A DNA stretch of 64,000 nucleotides from Hyphomicrobiales bacterium (GTDB taxonomy: Bacteria > Pseudomonadota > Alphaproteobacteria > Rhizobiales > Methyloligellaceae). The notes beneath the pieces are model-generated. The model saw nothing but the letters and a program-made list of their open reading frames with translations. It did not search any database and was not told the DNA's origin. A program made the translations under genes and the position numbers. Numbering within the stretch: position 1 is the stretch's first letter; every line of letters begins with the position of its first letter. Below, piece by piece: positions 32,429-43,741 of the stretch. Where the stretch lies: NCBI GenBank assembly GCA_041397675.1, contig JAWKWG010000012.1:2970-66969 (forward strand), given 5' to 3'.

Positions 32429-33345
32429 TCGCGCGATCGGGTGAGGCCGAGGCCGAGCTCGTAGACGCGGGCGCGCTTCACCTTGAGTCGTCGGTCCGCG
32501 TCTCCGGCGTCGCGGAAGCTCTGCGTCTTCAGCGCTTGTTTCAAGTCTGCCAAGATGCGCGCGTCGGTGACCTCGGTTTCCTCGGTCGACGGTGGCGCGA
32601 CCACGATGACGATCTCGCCCTTGAGCGCATCCGCGACGCCAGCAAGCTCGACGAGCGTGCCGCGCGTCACGGTCTCATGCAGCTTGGTCAGCTCCGCGCG
32701 ATCGCTGCGTCGCGCGGTCCAAGAACCTCCGCCATATCAGCCAGGCTCTTGGCGGCACGCGGCGCCGTCTCGAAGAAGATCAGCGTCGCCGGAACTTCTT
32801 TCAGCGCATCGAGCCGCGTGCGGCGCGGACCCGACTTCGGCGGCAGGAACCCGGCAAAGAGAAACATTGTCGGTTGGCAGCCCTGCGTTGGTGAGCGCGG
32901 CGAGCGCGGCGGACAGGCCGGGAATGCTCGCCACAAGCAATCCTGCATCGAGCGCGTCGCGCACCAGCTTATAGCCTGGGTCCGACACGAGCGGCGTGCC
33001 GGCGTCGAGATCAGTGCCACCGGTGCCCGGCGCGAATGCGTGCGAGTAGCCGCGAAGCCGCTCCGCTCGGCGTTGTGCTCGTGATAGGGGTGAGTTCGCC
33101 CGCAATGCCGAAATGCGAGAGCAGCTTCTTGGAGTGGCGCGTGTCCTCGGCGGCAATCAGATTGGCGCGCCAGCACCGAGGCGCGCGTAAAGAAATAATG
33201 CACCGAGATTGCCGATTGGCGTCGCCACGAGATAAAGGCCGGGCGGCACCGGCCGCTCCATTGAGGTCGGTGAGCACCTCGCTCGCGCGCGCAATTATCC
33301 GGGAGGCGCGTCGACACTGCGATCCTCGTTGCGGCGGTCCTGCAT
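32425..33345 (-). CDS. rsmI: 16S rRNA C1402 2'-O-methyltransferase RsmI, frameshifted
   Basis: LYLVATPIGNL, AEDTRH, YHEHN, DAGTPLVSDPG, FAGFLP, ELTKLHE, KGEIVIV across frames; start approximate. Confidence 0.9.
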
Positions 33346-33540
33346 GCAACCGACCTTAGCATTTGCCGGCCGCGTAGGGCGCCTGCCCTGGCCGTCGAGA
33401 CCTGGCGTGGTATAGTTCGCCGTCCATCACGATAGAGCCATAGTTGCGGTCAAGGCTTTGTCCAACAAGGCTTTGCAGGGGCTGAACCAATTCCGAGCAC
33501 GCTTCGCTATCGTTTAGGCGCTTTCCAGCGCGTCGTCGCC

Positions 33541-34673
33541 ATGATGTTCCTCGTGGTGCTGTTCGCAGGCTGCGGCGCGCCAGGTGGCGGAGGCGGAGCC
33601 GGCAGTTTGCTTCCGGGGAGCGGCGGCATCACCGGTCAGACCGGCTCGGTCAAGGTTGCGCTCCTCCTGCCGATTTCGGCGCCGGGCTCCACATCCTCCG
33701 TTGCGAAGGCGATCAAGCAGGCGGCCGAGCTCGCCCTCTTCGATTTCGACAACCCCAACGTCGCACTGATCCCCAAGGACACCAAAGGCGCCGGACGGCG
33801 CGCGGCTCGCGGCCAGCGCAATTCAAGACGGCGCGGAGCTCATCATCGGCCCGCTATTCGCGCAAGAAGTTGCCGGCGCCGCGCAGATTGCCAGGCGCTC
33901 GGGCGTGCCCATGATCGCCTTCTCCAGCGACGAGAAGGTCGCCGGCAGCGGCGTCTATCTCTTGAGCTTCCTGGCCGGCCGGGACGTGCCGCGCATTGCG
34001 TCGTTCGCTATGTCGCGCGGCAAACGGAACTTCGCCGTGCTCGTGCCGCAGTCGGCCTATGGCCGCATCGCCGAGGCCGCATTCGCCAAAGCGGTCGCCT
34101 CTGGCGGCGGCAGCGCGCCGGTGCGGGCAAGCTTCACCGCGGGCAGCATGTCTGGCGCCGTGCAAAGGTCGCGAGCGCCTTGCAGTCAGGCCAGCGTATC
34201 GATGCGCTGTTTTGCCTGCAGGGCGCGAGGACCTGCCGTCGCTTGCGCCGCTGCTCTGTGCCGGCGTCACCAGCGCGAAGGTCCAGTTCGTCGGTACCGG
34301 GACAGTGGGATTATCCGAATGTCGGCAGCGAGCGCGCGCTGGTCGGCGGCTGGTATCCCGCGCCTGATCCCAGGGCTGGGACAGGTTTCAAGCGCTATGC
34401 CGACACCTATGGGCCGACGCCACCTCGCATCGCCAGCCTCGGCTACGACGCGGTCAGCCTCGCGGTGTCGCTGTCTCCAGAATAATGCCGGAGCAGCGCT
34501 ACACCTATGCGCAACTCACGCGCCCGAGCGGCTTTGCCGGGGTTGATGGCTTGTTTCGCCTATTGCCCGACGGCACCAGCGAGCGCGGCCTTGCCATTCT
34601 CGAGGTGCAGCCGGGGACTCCGCGGGTGATCGACGCCGCGCCCCGCTCCTTCACCACCGCGTCATCTTACTAA
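33541..34673 (+). CDS. LppC / penicillin-binding protein activator-like lipoprotein, frameshifted
   Basis: Lipobox FAGC, KVALLLP, AAELAL, IIGPLF, GYDAVSL, GFAGVDGLFRL..ERGLAI; divergent from rsmI. Confidence 0.85.
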
Positions 34674-35818
34674 GCGGCTAGCTCGAGGATCACGCGTTCC
34701 AGCACGAGCCGGCCCGACTGCGTCGCTTTGAGGCGTCCGGCGTCACGCGCCACGAGCCCTTCGCTTTCGAGCGCATTGAGCCGTGTCTCGTCGAGCGCTT
34801 TCCCGCTCAGGGTCTCGAGCCGCGCGAGATCGAGACCCTCGGCGAGCCTCAGCGCCATCAACAGATATTCCTCGGCAGTCTCTTGCGCGGTGAGCGCCTC
34901 GTCGCTCGACAGGCCATGACCGCGCGCCTTGACCTGGGCGCGCCAGTCCTCGGGCGACTTGATCGTGACCAGCGCGCGCTTGGTGCCGTCTTCGGTGACG
35001 CGCGAGTGCGCGCCGGCGCCGATGCCGACATAGTCATGCCCACGCCAATAAATGAGGTTGTGGCGCGAAGCGCCGCCTGACCGCGCGTGGTTTGAGATCT
35101 CGTAGGCCGGTAGGCCGGCCTTCTCGCACAGGTCTTGCGTTAGAAGATAGAGTGCACTCGCCGTCGTGCTGTCGGGCACGTGCAAGGTGCCGGCCGCATG
35201 GCGCGCCGCGAACGGCGTGCCGTCCTCGATGGTGAGCTGATAGAGCGACAGATGATCCTCGGCGTAATCGAGTGCGCGCGTCAGCTCATTGCGCCACGCG
35301 TCGGCCGTCTGTCCTTCCCGCGCATAGATGAGATCGAACGACACGCGGCCGAAATGGCGTCTGGCGAGCGCGAGCGCGGCGAGCGCCTCGTCGGCGGTGT
35401 GCTGGCGTCCGAGTGTTTTGAGGCTCTCGTCATCGAGCGCCTGCACGCCGAGCGATACGCGATTGACGCCCGCCGTGGCGTAGCCTGCGAAGTTCTGAGC
35501 CTCGACGCTCGTCGGATTGGCTTCCAACGTGATCTCGGCGTCGTCATCGACGTTCCAATGCGATGCAATCGCATCGAGGATTGCTTCGACCGTCGCCGGG
35601 GCCATGAGCGAGGGCGTGCCGCCGCCGAAGAATATGCTGCTTACGGTGCGGCCGGGCGCGCGGCCTGCGAAGTGCGCAAGCTCGGTCAAGTACGCGTCGA
35701 GAAACCGCGCCTCGTCGATGCCGCCATGGCGCACATGAGAGTTGAAGTCGCAGTAGGGACACTTGGCCTTGCAAAACGGCCAATGCACATAGACGCCGAA
35801 CGGCTCGTCACGCGGCAT
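34670..35818 (-). CDS. hemW: Radical SAM heme chaperone HemW
   Basis: YVHWPFCKAKCPYCDFN, FFGGGTPS, EANP, YEISN, HNLIYW. Confidence 0.95.
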   Translation of the reverse strand: MPRDEPFGVYVHWPFCKAKCPYCDFNSHVRHGGIDEARFLDAYLTELAHFAGRAPGRTVSSIFFGGGTPSLMAPATVEAILDAIASHWNVDDDAEITLEANPTSVEAQNFAGYATAGVNRVSLGVQALDDESLKTLGRQHTADEALAALALARRHFGRVSFDLIYAREGQTADAWRNELTRALDYAEDHLSLYQLTIEDGTPFAARHAAGTLHVPDSTTASALYLLTQDLCEKAGLPAYEISNHARSGGASRHNLIYWRGHDYVGIGAGAHSRVTEDGTKRALVTIKSPEDWRAQVKARGHGLSSDEALTAQETAEEYLLMALRLAEGLDLARLETLSGKALDETRLNALESEGLVARDAGRLKATQSGRLVLERVILELAA

Positions 35819-36426
35819 TGGAGTAGGTCGCTTCGATCAGGTGCTCGAAGGCGCGCATGCGATGCGAGAGTTCGTTCTTGAGGGCAGGCTCCATCTCACC
35901 AAACGTTTCGTTGTGGCCGTCAGGCACGAAGATGGGATCATACCCGAAACCACGGGTTCCGCGCGGGGGCCACACCAGTGTCCCGAACACCTTGCCCGTG
36001 AATACGGCCTCCTCGCCATTCGGCGCGGCCAGTGCCAGCGCGCAGATGAAGTTTGCGCGGGTGTAGGCGCCGCCGGTCGCCTCGAGCTCCTTGTGCACGC
36101 GCTCCATCGCGACCGCAAAATCTTTGCGGGCCGCCCCACCGCGCGAGTGGATACCGGGCTCGCCGCCAAGCGCCTCCACCTCGAGACCGGAATCGTCGGC
36201 GAGCGCCATCAACTTGCCGTCGGCAGCCGCGAGGCGCGCTTTGAGGTAGGGCATTCGCCTCGAAGGTTTCGCCCGTCTCCGGCGGCTCGGGCAAGTCGAG
36301 GGTCTTCGCCGAGACGCATGCGATGCCATAAGGTTCAAACAACTCGCCGATCTCGCGCACCTTGCCCTCGTTGTGGCTGGCGATGACGAGCTTCGAGCCG
36401 CGATGAAGGGCGCCGAGCTTAAGCAA
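35808..36426 (-). CDS. rdgB: RdgB/HAM1 non-canonical purine NTP pyrophosphatase, frameshifted
   Basis: [35 protein letters not shown]. Confidence 0.93.
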
Positions 36427-37135
36427 CGGTGAGCTTCTGCAACTGGACCAGTTCGGCGATCCCTTGTCGCGCGAGCGCCATGAGCGCATCGAACTGTTCT
36501 TGGCTGAACGGCTCGGTTTCGGCGGTGCCTTGCACCTCGACGATGCCGCCCGAGCCCGTCATGACGAAATTCGCGTCGGCGTCGGCTTCTGAATCTTCGG
36601 CGTAGTCGAGATCGAGTACCGGCTCCCCGCCATAGAGCCCGCAACTGACCGCGGCCACGTGGTCGCGCAAGACGTTCCCTTTGATCATGCTCCGCGCGAC
36701 CATCCACTCGAGCGCATCATGGAGCGCAACCCAGGCACCGGTGATGGATGCGGTGCGGGTGCCGCCGTCAGCCTGGAGCACGTCACAGTCGATGATGATC
36801 TGTTTCTCGCCGAGCGCCGCGAGGTCTGTCACGGCGCGGAGCGAGCGGCCGATCAGACGCTGGATTTCTTGCGTGCGGCCCGACTGTTTGCCGGCGGCCG
36901 CCTCCCGTCGCGTGCGCTCGGTGGTGGCGCGAGGCAGCATGCCGTATTCCGCCGTCACCCAGCCCCGGCCTGAGCCTTTGAGCCATGGCGGCACCGGCTC
37001 GCCGGCCGTAGCGGTACACAGCACGTGGGTGTCGCCAAACCGGACGATGCACGAGCCTTCGGCGTGCCGCGATACCGCGCGCTCGAAGCTGATGGGGCGG
37101 AGCGCGTCGGGGGCGCGTTTTGACGGGCGGATAAT
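36419..37135 (-). CDS. rph: Ribonuclease PH (start codon reads ATT/ATC instead of ATG)
   Basis: [68 protein letters not shown]. Confidence 0.96.
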   Translation of the reverse strand: MIRPSKRAPDALRPISFERAVSRHAEGSCIVRFGDTHVLCTATAGEPVPPWLKGSGRGWVTAEYGMLPRATTERTRREAAAGKQSGRTQEIQRLIGRSLRAVTDLAALGEKQIIIDCDVLQADGGTRTASITGAWVALHDALEWMVARSMIKGNVLRDHVAAVSCGLYGGEPVLDLDYAEDSEADADANFVMTGSGGIVEVQGTAETEPFSQEQFDALMALARQGIAELVQLQKLTVA

Positions 37136-37265
37136 GGGCTATCTCCTTGGCGATCGGCCGAAGCCGGGCACCCTAGAGGAGCCCATGCAACGGGAAAAGA
37201 CCTTTCCCCAACTCTCAGGCGGGGCAGTCTTGTGCGGGCTTTGGGGAGAAGTTACCACCCTTGGA

Positions 37266-38177
37266 ATGGGCTGGTGTGACGAGGCGCTCGGGTTTCCTGA
37301 CCCCTCCGGCGGTGAGGATAGCGCCTGTCCCCCTCAAACCGAGATCGACGCACGTCTTGCTGCCTTCCCGGTCGAGGATTTGGTGCGCGCCTGGCGGGAG
37401 TCGAGCACCACGAGCCTGAAGGACCAGACCGCAGGCACCCACGCCTTTCGCATGTATTTCGATGGCCTCGCCCACGATGACCCTGAGCGCGCTGTCGCCT
37501 TTGTCGAGGCAGAGCTTGCCGGCGAGCCGGACGACGCGATGGTGGCGCTCGTCGCCGAAGGCAAGCTGCTTGGTCAGCTTCTCCACTTCCATGGCCCGCG
37601 CGTCGCCACCGCACTTCAGAGCTTGGCTCTCCGGCAACCGCGCCTACGCTGGCTGCTCGGCGCCGCAGCCCTGTCGATCGAGGGAGGTCTGGTGGAAAGC
37701 GCGGAGGCCAAGCGCCGGCTCCTCGCCATTGCCGACGAGGCCGCCTACCGAACATGGCGCGAACACTATCGCGCTGATGCCGAGACAATCGACTTCGCAT
37801 CGCTCTCCGTCGCCGAGCTTGCTTCCCTCTGGGTCGAGGTCATGAACCGCTCGGACGTCGAGAAGGAACGTGACGACAACTGGAGCGACTTGTTCGACTT
37901 CCAAAATGAGCTGGTGAGCAACGATCCGCTCGAAGCGCTCGAGCTTGTCAAAGCGATCCTCGCCATCGAGGACAATCCGAATGTGCTCGGGCTTCTCGCG
38001 GCGGGCATGCTCGAGGATCTCATTCCGGCGGATGATGGCCCGGTCATCGACGCCGTGGTCGACGAAGCTTCACGTAATGAGAAGTTTCGTCGGCTCCTCG
38101 GTGGCGTATGGTTCTACGGCATGAGCCCGAAGGTCGCCGAGCGGCTCGAGCAAGCGCGGGGCGAGGTCAGGTGGTGA
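37266..38177 (+). CDS. Hypothetical protein with two tandem DUF6869-like helical domains
   Basis: Repeated pattern W..DP..A...(V)...L......LAAG.LEDL...GP.......FR.LLG; second copy canonical, first degenerate. Confidence 0.65.
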   Translation: MGWCDEALGFPDPSGGEDSACPPQTEIDARLAAFPVEDLVRAWRESSTTSLKDQTAGTHAFRMYFDGLAHDDPERAVAFVEAELAGEPDDAMVALVAEGKLLGQLLHFHGPRVATALQSLALRQPRLRWLLGAAALSIEGGLVESAEAKRRLLAIADEAAYRTWREHYRADAETIDFASLSVAELASLWVEVMNRSDVEKERDDNWSDLFDFQNELVSNDPLEALELVKAILAIEDNPNVLGLLAAGMLEDLIPADDGPVIDAVVDEASRNEKFRRLLGGVWFYGMSPKVAERLEQARGEVRW

Positions 38178-38185
38178 GGGGCAGC

Positions 38186-40915
38186 ATGGCTGACGATGTG
38201 ACATTGCCCTTGACCGGCGGCCGCCCACCGCCGCCCGCGGCCGACGCCACGCCGATGATGGCTCAATACCTGGAGATCAAGGCGGCCAACGCCGACAGTC
38301 TCTTGTTCTACCGTATGGGCGACTTCTACGAGCTGTTCTTCGACGATGCGGCGATCGCCTCGCGCGCTTTGGGCATCGCGCTCACCAAGCGCGGCAAGCA
38401 TCTCGGCGAAGACATTCCGATGTGCGGCGTGCCGGTCCACGCCGCTGACGATTATCTGCAACGTCTCATCGCCCAAGGCTTCCGCGTCGCCGTATGCGAG
38501 CAGATCGAGGACCCGGCGGAAGCGAAGAAGCGCGGGCCCAAAGCCGTGGTGCGCCGCGATGTCGTGCGATTGGTAACCCCGGGCACGCTCACCGAGGAGT
38601 CGCTGCTCGATGCCCGCGCCCACAACTTCCTCACCGCGCTGTTCCGCGCGCCGCACAAGGATGACGCCGAGCAAAGTTTCGCGTTGGCCTCGATCGACAT
38701 CTCGACCGGTGAGTTGATCGCGACCTCCGTACGCATCGGCGATCTTTCCGGGGAGCTGGCACGCATCAAGCCGGGTGAGGTTCTGGCTGGCGACGACATT
38801 GCGGGCGACGACCGCATCCGGTGCCTGGTGGATGAAGCCGGCGCCGCACTCACGCCCTGCCCGCGCGCGCATTTCGATTCTGTGCGTGGCGAGCGCGCGC
38901 TGAAAGACCGGCTTGGTGTTGCCGCGCTCGATGCCTTTGGCGATTTCAACCGCGCTGAACTCGCCGCACTTGCTGGACTTCTCACCTACGTGGAGATCAC
39001 TCAGGTCGGCAAAGCGCCGTTGCTCCGTCCCCCGCGCAAAGAAGCCGCTGGGAGCCTGCTTGTCATTGACGCCGCCACGCGCGCAAATCTCGAGCTTGCT
39101 CGCTCCAATCAAGGCGCGCGGGCAGGCAGTCTCCTGGCCGCCATTGACCGTACGGTCACGGCCGCAGGCGCGCGAGAGCTGTCCTCCCGTCTCGCCAGTC
39201 CATTGACCGATGTCGAGGCAGTCAACGCGCGTCTCGAAGCGGTGTCCTATCTCGTGGGTGAGCCGCGCCTCCGGCAAGTTTTGCGCGATGCGCTGAAAGC
39301 GGCGCCCGATCTAGCCCGCGCACTTGCCCGGCTCGCGCTCGGCCGCGGCGGACCGCGAGACCTCGGCGCGGTGCGCGACGCCATCCGCGCGGCGCACGAA
39401 CTCGCGGCGGAGCTCTTGCGCGTCGGGGAGGCACTCGGGCTGCCACGTGAGTTGATGGACATCGCCGAGCGCCTGGCCGCGGCGCCATCGGAGATCGCAC
39501 AGTCCCTGGATGCGGCGCTCGCTGACGAGCTTCCCGTCAACGCTCGCGACGGCGGATTCATTCGCGGCGGCTTCGATGGCGATCTCGATGAGCATCGCAA
39601 ATTGCGCGATGGCAGCCGCCAGGTGATCGCCGGTCTGCAAACGACCTATGCCGATGCCACCGGCGTCAAATCGCTGAAGGTCCGCCACAACAATGTGCTC
39701 GGCTATTTCGTCGAGGTCACCGCCTTGCACGCGCCGACCTTGACCAAGCCGCCGCATGTGGAGACCTTTATCCATCGCCAAACCATGGCGAACGCGGTCC
39801 GCTTCTCGACGCCGGAACTCGCCGAGCTCGAGGCGCGTATAACGTCCGCAGCCGACCGCGCGCTCGCGCTCGAACTTGATCTCTTCGCCAAGCTCACCGA
39901 CGATGTCCTTGCCGAGGAACGTGCGCTTGCTTCGGCAAGCGCCGGCCTTGCCGAGCTCGATCACTATGCGGCGCTAGCCGAGCTTGCCGTCGAGCAGAGC
40001 TATGTGCGTCCCAAGGTTGACGGCAGCCTCGCCTTTGCCGTCGAGGAAGGCCGCCATCCCATGGTCGAGCAGACCTTGGCGCGCGCACAAGGTGCAGGCT
40101 TCATCGGCAACGACTGTCGGCTCGGCGACGAGAGCGATGAGCACACACGCATTCTCGTGGTGACCGGACCCAACATGGCCGGCAAGTCGACGTTTCTGCG
40201 TCAGAACGCGCTCATTGTCGTGCTCGCACAGGCCGGTTCCTTCGTCCCCGCCAAGGCCGCGCATATCGGTGTGGTCGACCGGCTGTTCAGCCGCGTCGGC
40301 GCGGCCGACGATCTCGCTCGGGGCCGCTCGACATTCATGGTGGAAATGGTCGAGACCGCTGCGATCCTCAATCAGGCGACCGACCGCTCGTTCGTCGTGC
40401 TCGACGAAATCGGCCGCGGAACCGCGACCTTCGACGGCCTGTCGATCGCCTGGGCCGCGCTCGAGTACCTGCACGAGGTGAATCGCTCGCGCGTCCTGTT
40501 CGCTACCCACTACCACGAGCTAACGGCGCTCGCCGACAAGCTCGCTCACGCCGCCAACGCGACCGTGGAGGTCAAGGAGTGGCGCGACGAGATCGTGTTC
40601 CTCTATCGCGTGGTGCCGGGGGCCGCCGACCGCTCCTACGGCATCCATGTCGCCAAGCTCGCCGGGTTGCCGGGGCCCGTGCTTGCGCGCGCCGGCGAAG
40701 TGCTGCACCAGTTGGAGAAAGCCGATGGCCGGCCCAAACCGTCAGACCTCGCCGATGACCTCCCGCTCTTCCAGGCGACCAAACAGCCGGCGGGATTGTC
40801 CGAGCCGTCGCCACTTGAGCAGGCGCTGCGCGACTTTAGTCCCGACACCATGACCCCAAAGGAGGCGCTCGAAGCCCTTTACCGATTGAAAGCCTTGCTT
40901 GAAAGCGAGGTGTAA
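38186..40915 (+). CDS. mutS: DNA mismatch repair protein MutS
   Basis: [56 protein letters not shown]. Confidence 0.98.
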   Translation: MADDVTLPLTGGRPPPPAADATPMMAQYLEIKAANADSLLFYRMGDFYELFFDDAAIASRALGIALTKRGKHLGEDIPMCGVPVHAADDYLQRLIAQGFRVAVCEQIEDPAEAKKRGPKAVVRRDVVRLVTPGTLTEESLLDARAHNFLTALFRAPHKDDAEQSFALASIDISTGELIATSVRIGDLSGELARIKPGEVLAGDDIAGDDRIRCLVDEAGAALTPCPRAHFDSVRGERALKDRLGVAALDAFGDFNRAELAALAGLLTYVEITQVGKAPLLRPPRKEAAGSLLVIDAATRANLELARSNQGARAGSLLAAIDRTVTAAGARELSSRLASPLTDVEAVNARLEAVSYLVGEPRLRQVLRDALKAAPDLARALARLALGRGGPRDLGAVRDAIRAAHELAAELLRVGEALGLPRELMDIAERLAAAPSEIAQSLDAALADELPVNARDGGFIRGGFDGDLDEHRKLRDGSRQVIAGLQTTYADATGVKSLKVRHNNVLGYFVEVTALHAPTLTKPPHVETFIHRQTMANAVRFSTPELAELEARITSAADRALALELDLFAKLTDDVLAEERALASASAGLAELDHYAALAELAVEQSYVRPKVDGSLAFAVEEGRHPMVEQTLARAQGAGFIGNDCRLGDESDEHTRILVVTGPNMAGKSTFLRQNALIVVLAQAGSFVPAKAAHIGVVDRLFSRVGAADDLARGRSTFMVEMVETAAILNQATDRSFVVLDEIGRGTATFDGLSIAWAALEYLHEVNRSRVLFATHYHELTALADKLAHAANATVEVKEWRDEIVFLYRVVPGAADRSYGIHVAKLAGLPGPVLARAGEVLHQLEKADGRPKPSDLADDLPLFQATKQPAGLSEPSPLEQALRDFSPDTMTPKEALEALYRLKALLESEV

Positions 40916-40924
40916 AGCTTCGAT

Positions 40925-43726
40925 GTGTTAGACTTCGCGACCGATATGGACCAACCGGCACAAAGGCTTGCGCCCTATTTCGATTTCGACCTCCTGCGCC
41001 AGGAGATGTCGGCGCTGGCACGCGCCCGCGTTGAACAGGACACGCAACTCCGCACCGGTCTGGTCAAATTCCTCAAGCCAGTCGTCGAGGAGGCGCGCAA
41101 CGTCGCGCGCGAGCGGCTTGAGCAGGACGGCGATGGCCGGGCCTGCGCGCAAGGTTTGTCCGACTTCCAAGATGCGCTGATCCGCCTGATCTACGACTTC
41201 ACCACCGAGCACGTTTATCGCGCGCAGAATCCGTCGGCGGCCGAGCGCTTTGCCGTGGTTGCCCAAGGCGGTTATGGGCGCGGCATGCTGGCGCCCGGCT
41301 CCGACATCGATCTCCTGTTCCTGCTGCCTTACAAGCAGACCGCCTGGGGCGAGAGCGTCGCCGAGTACATGCTCTACATCCTGTGGGACCTCGGCTTCAA
41401 AGTCGGCCACGCCACCCGCACCATCGATCAGTGCGTGCGCTTGAGCCTCGCCGACATGACCATCCGCACGGCGTTGCTCGACGCCCGGCTCATCCTCGGC
41501 GACCGCAACTTGTTCCACGAGTTCCAGGAGCGCTTCCGCAAGGATGTTCTGCAAAACAACGCGCGCGCCTTCATCGAGGCGAAGCTCGACGAGCAGGCGA
41601 CGCGGCATACGCGCGCCGGCGGCTCACGCTATCTCGTCGAGCCCAACATCAAGGAAGGCACCGGCGGCTTGCGCGACCTGCATACTTTGCACTGGCTCGC
41701 CAAGCACCTCTATCCCGACAAAGCCGAGGAGGAGTTCGTCGAAGCCGGCGTGTTCACCCGCCACGAATATCGCAGCTTCCGCCGCTGCGAGTTCTTCTTG
41801 TGGACCGTGCGGTGCCACCTGCATTTTCTCACTGACCGCCCCGAGGAGCGCTTGAGCTTCGACCTCCAGCGCGCCATGGCTGAGCGCCTCGGCTATCGCG
41901 GCCATGCCGGGTTGAGCGCGGTCGAGCGCTTCATGAAGCACTACTTCCTCGTGGCCAAGGAAGTCGGTCAACTCACCCGCATCGTCTGCTCGGCACTCGA
42001 GCTCAAGCAGCTCAAGTCGGTGCCCACCCTCGATACGCTGCTCGCGCCGTTCGGCTGGCGCCGACGCGCGAAGCTCCGGCGCACTTCCGACTTCCGCATA
42101 GAGAGTGGCCGCATCTCGACCGTCGACAAAGACGCCTTCGCCAAGGACCCCGTGAATTTCATCCGCCTGTTCGTCGTGGCCGACGAGCATCAAGCCGGTC
42201 TTTCGCCTGATGTGTTGCGCCAGATCCGTGCCAACTTCCGGCTGATAGACGACAATCTGCGCGCCAACCCCACCGCCAATCGCATGTTCATGCGCTTGCT
42301 GATGGATGCGCGCGATCCTGAAGAAGCGCTGCGCAAGATGAACGAGGCTGGCGTGCTCGGCCGCTTCGTGCTCGATTTCGGCCGCGTCGTATCGATGATG
42401 CAGTTCAACATGTACCACCACTTCACGGTGGACGAACATCTGATCCGCGCCATCGGCTTCCTGTCCGGTATCGAGCGCGGCAAGCACACGATCGATCATC
42501 CCGTGTCGACCGAGATCATCCGCACGATCGACAACCGGCGCGCGCTCTACGTCGCCGCATTGCTGCACGACATCGCCAAAGGCCGCGACGAAGACCATTC
42601 CATCGTCGGCGCGCGCATCGCCCGCGAGCTCGGCCCGCGTTTCGGACTGACCGCGGCGGAGACCGAAACGGCGGCTTGGTTGGTCGAGCATCACTTGGCC
42701 ATGAGCCTATTCGCCCAGAGCCGCGACCTGAACGACCCGAAGACCATTCGCGACTTCGCCGAGCTGGTGCAGAGCCGCGAACGCCTGAAGCTCCTCATGG
42801 TCCTCACCGTCGCCGACATCCGCGCCGTTGGGCCTGGCGTGTGGACCGGCTGGAAGGGCCAGCTCCTGCGCACTCTTTATTTCGAGACCGAGCCGCTGCT
42901 TGGTGGCGGCCACACCACGCTCACGCGCACCGAGCGCATGACCCGCGCCCAGGATGCCTTGCGTGAGCGGCTGGCTGATTGGCCGAGCAACATTCTGGAG
43001 CGGTTCATCGACCGCCACTATCCGGCGTACTGGCTGAGAACCGATCTCGATGTGATCGCTGAGCACGCCAGGCTGGTGCGAGACGCGGAGGCGCAGAATC
43101 GCCCGGTCGTGACGCATATTTCTACCGATGCGTTTCGTGGCGTGACCGAGATTACCCTGCTCGCGCCGAACCATCCGCGGCTGCTGGCCATGGTCGCGGG
43201 CGCCTGCACTGGCGCCGGAGCGAATATTGTCGATGCGCAAATCTCCACCACGCGCGATGGCATGGCGCTCGACACCATTCATCTCGAGCGCGAATTCGAC
43301 TACGCCGAGGACGAGGAGCGCCGAGCACGCAAGATCGGCGTTTCGATCGAGCGGATGCTGCGCGGTGAGGCCCGCGCGGCAGAGGTCGTCGAGGGCAAGA
43401 AGAAGCCCAAGGCGCGCGTGTCGGCATTTACGGTCGAACCGCAAGTCGTGATCGACAACACCTTGTCCGACGCGCTAACGGTGATCGAGATCAACGGTCT
43501 CGACCGCCCGGGCCTGCTCTACGACGTGACGCGCGAAATCTCCGATCTGAACCTCGATATCGCCTCCGCCCACATCGCCACCTTCGGCGAGAAGGCGGTC
43601 GACGTGTTCTACGTGACCGACCTCACCGGCAAGAAGATTACCAGCTCGAGTCGTGAGCTCCTGATTCGCGAGCGTTTGACCAAGGCGCTCCAGGCGCATC
43701 AGGAGTCTGCCCTTGCCAACGCCTAA
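40925..43726 (+). CDS. glnD: [Protein-PII] uridylyltransferase GlnD
   Basis: GGYGRG..APGSDIDL, EPNIKEG.GGLRD, HD domain (LLHDIAKG), two ACT domains (DRPGLL). Confidence 0.98.
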   Translation: MLDFATDMDQPAQRLAPYFDFDLLRQEMSALARARVEQDTQLRTGLVKFLKPVVEEARNVARERLEQDGDGRACAQGLSDFQDALIRLIYDFTTEHVYRAQNPSAAERFAVVAQGGYGRGMLAPGSDIDLLFLLPYKQTAWGESVAEYMLYILWDLGFKVGHATRTIDQCVRLSLADMTIRTALLDARLILGDRNLFHEFQERFRKDVLQNNARAFIEAKLDEQATRHTRAGGSRYLVEPNIKEGTGGLRDLHTLHWLAKHLYPDKAEEEFVEAGVFTRHEYRSFRRCEFFLWTVRCHLHFLTDRPEERLSFDLQRAMAERLGYRGHAGLSAVERFMKHYFLVAKEVGQLTRIVCSALELKQLKSVPTLDTLLAPFGWRRRAKLRRTSDFRIESGRISTVDKDAFAKDPVNFIRLFVVADEHQAGLSPDVLRQIRANFRLIDDNLRANPTANRMFMRLLMDARDPEEALRKMNEAGVLGRFVLDFGRVVSMMQFNMYHHFTVDEHLIRAIGFLSGIERGKHTIDHPVSTEIIRTIDNRRALYVAALLHDIAKGRDEDHSIVGARIARELGPRFGLTAAETETAAWLVEHHLAMSLFAQSRDLNDPKTIRDFAELVQSRERLKLLMVLTVADIRAVGPGVWTGWKGQLLRTLYFETEPLLGGGHTTLTRTERMTRAQDALRERLADWPSNILERFIDRHYPAYWLRTDLDVIAEHARLVRDAEAQNRPVVTHISTDAFRGVTEITLLAPNHPRLLAMVAGACTGAGANIVDAQISTTRDGMALDTIHLEREFDYAEDEERRARKIGVSIERMLRGEARAAEVVEGKKKPKARVSAFTVEPQVVIDNTLSDALTVIEINGLDRPGLLYDVTREISDLNLDIASAHIATFGEKAVDVFYVTDLTGKKITSSSRELLIRERLTKALQAHQESALANA

Positions 43727-43741
43727 CGCGCGTTCCTGCCC

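Noticed and set aside
23139-36426. Mass pseudogenisation / genome reduction
   Set aside because: Breaks are mostly single-base indels in essential genes with motifs intact, clustered by position rather than function; sequencing error is the simpler explanation
36681-37265. Long N-terminal extension of the DUF6869-like ORF
   Set aside because: Antisense to rph; protein-like sequence begins near 37266
38114-43444. Many long antisense ORFs over mutS and glnD
   Set aside because: Expected shadow ORFs in high-GC coding DNA; no motifs or RBS support
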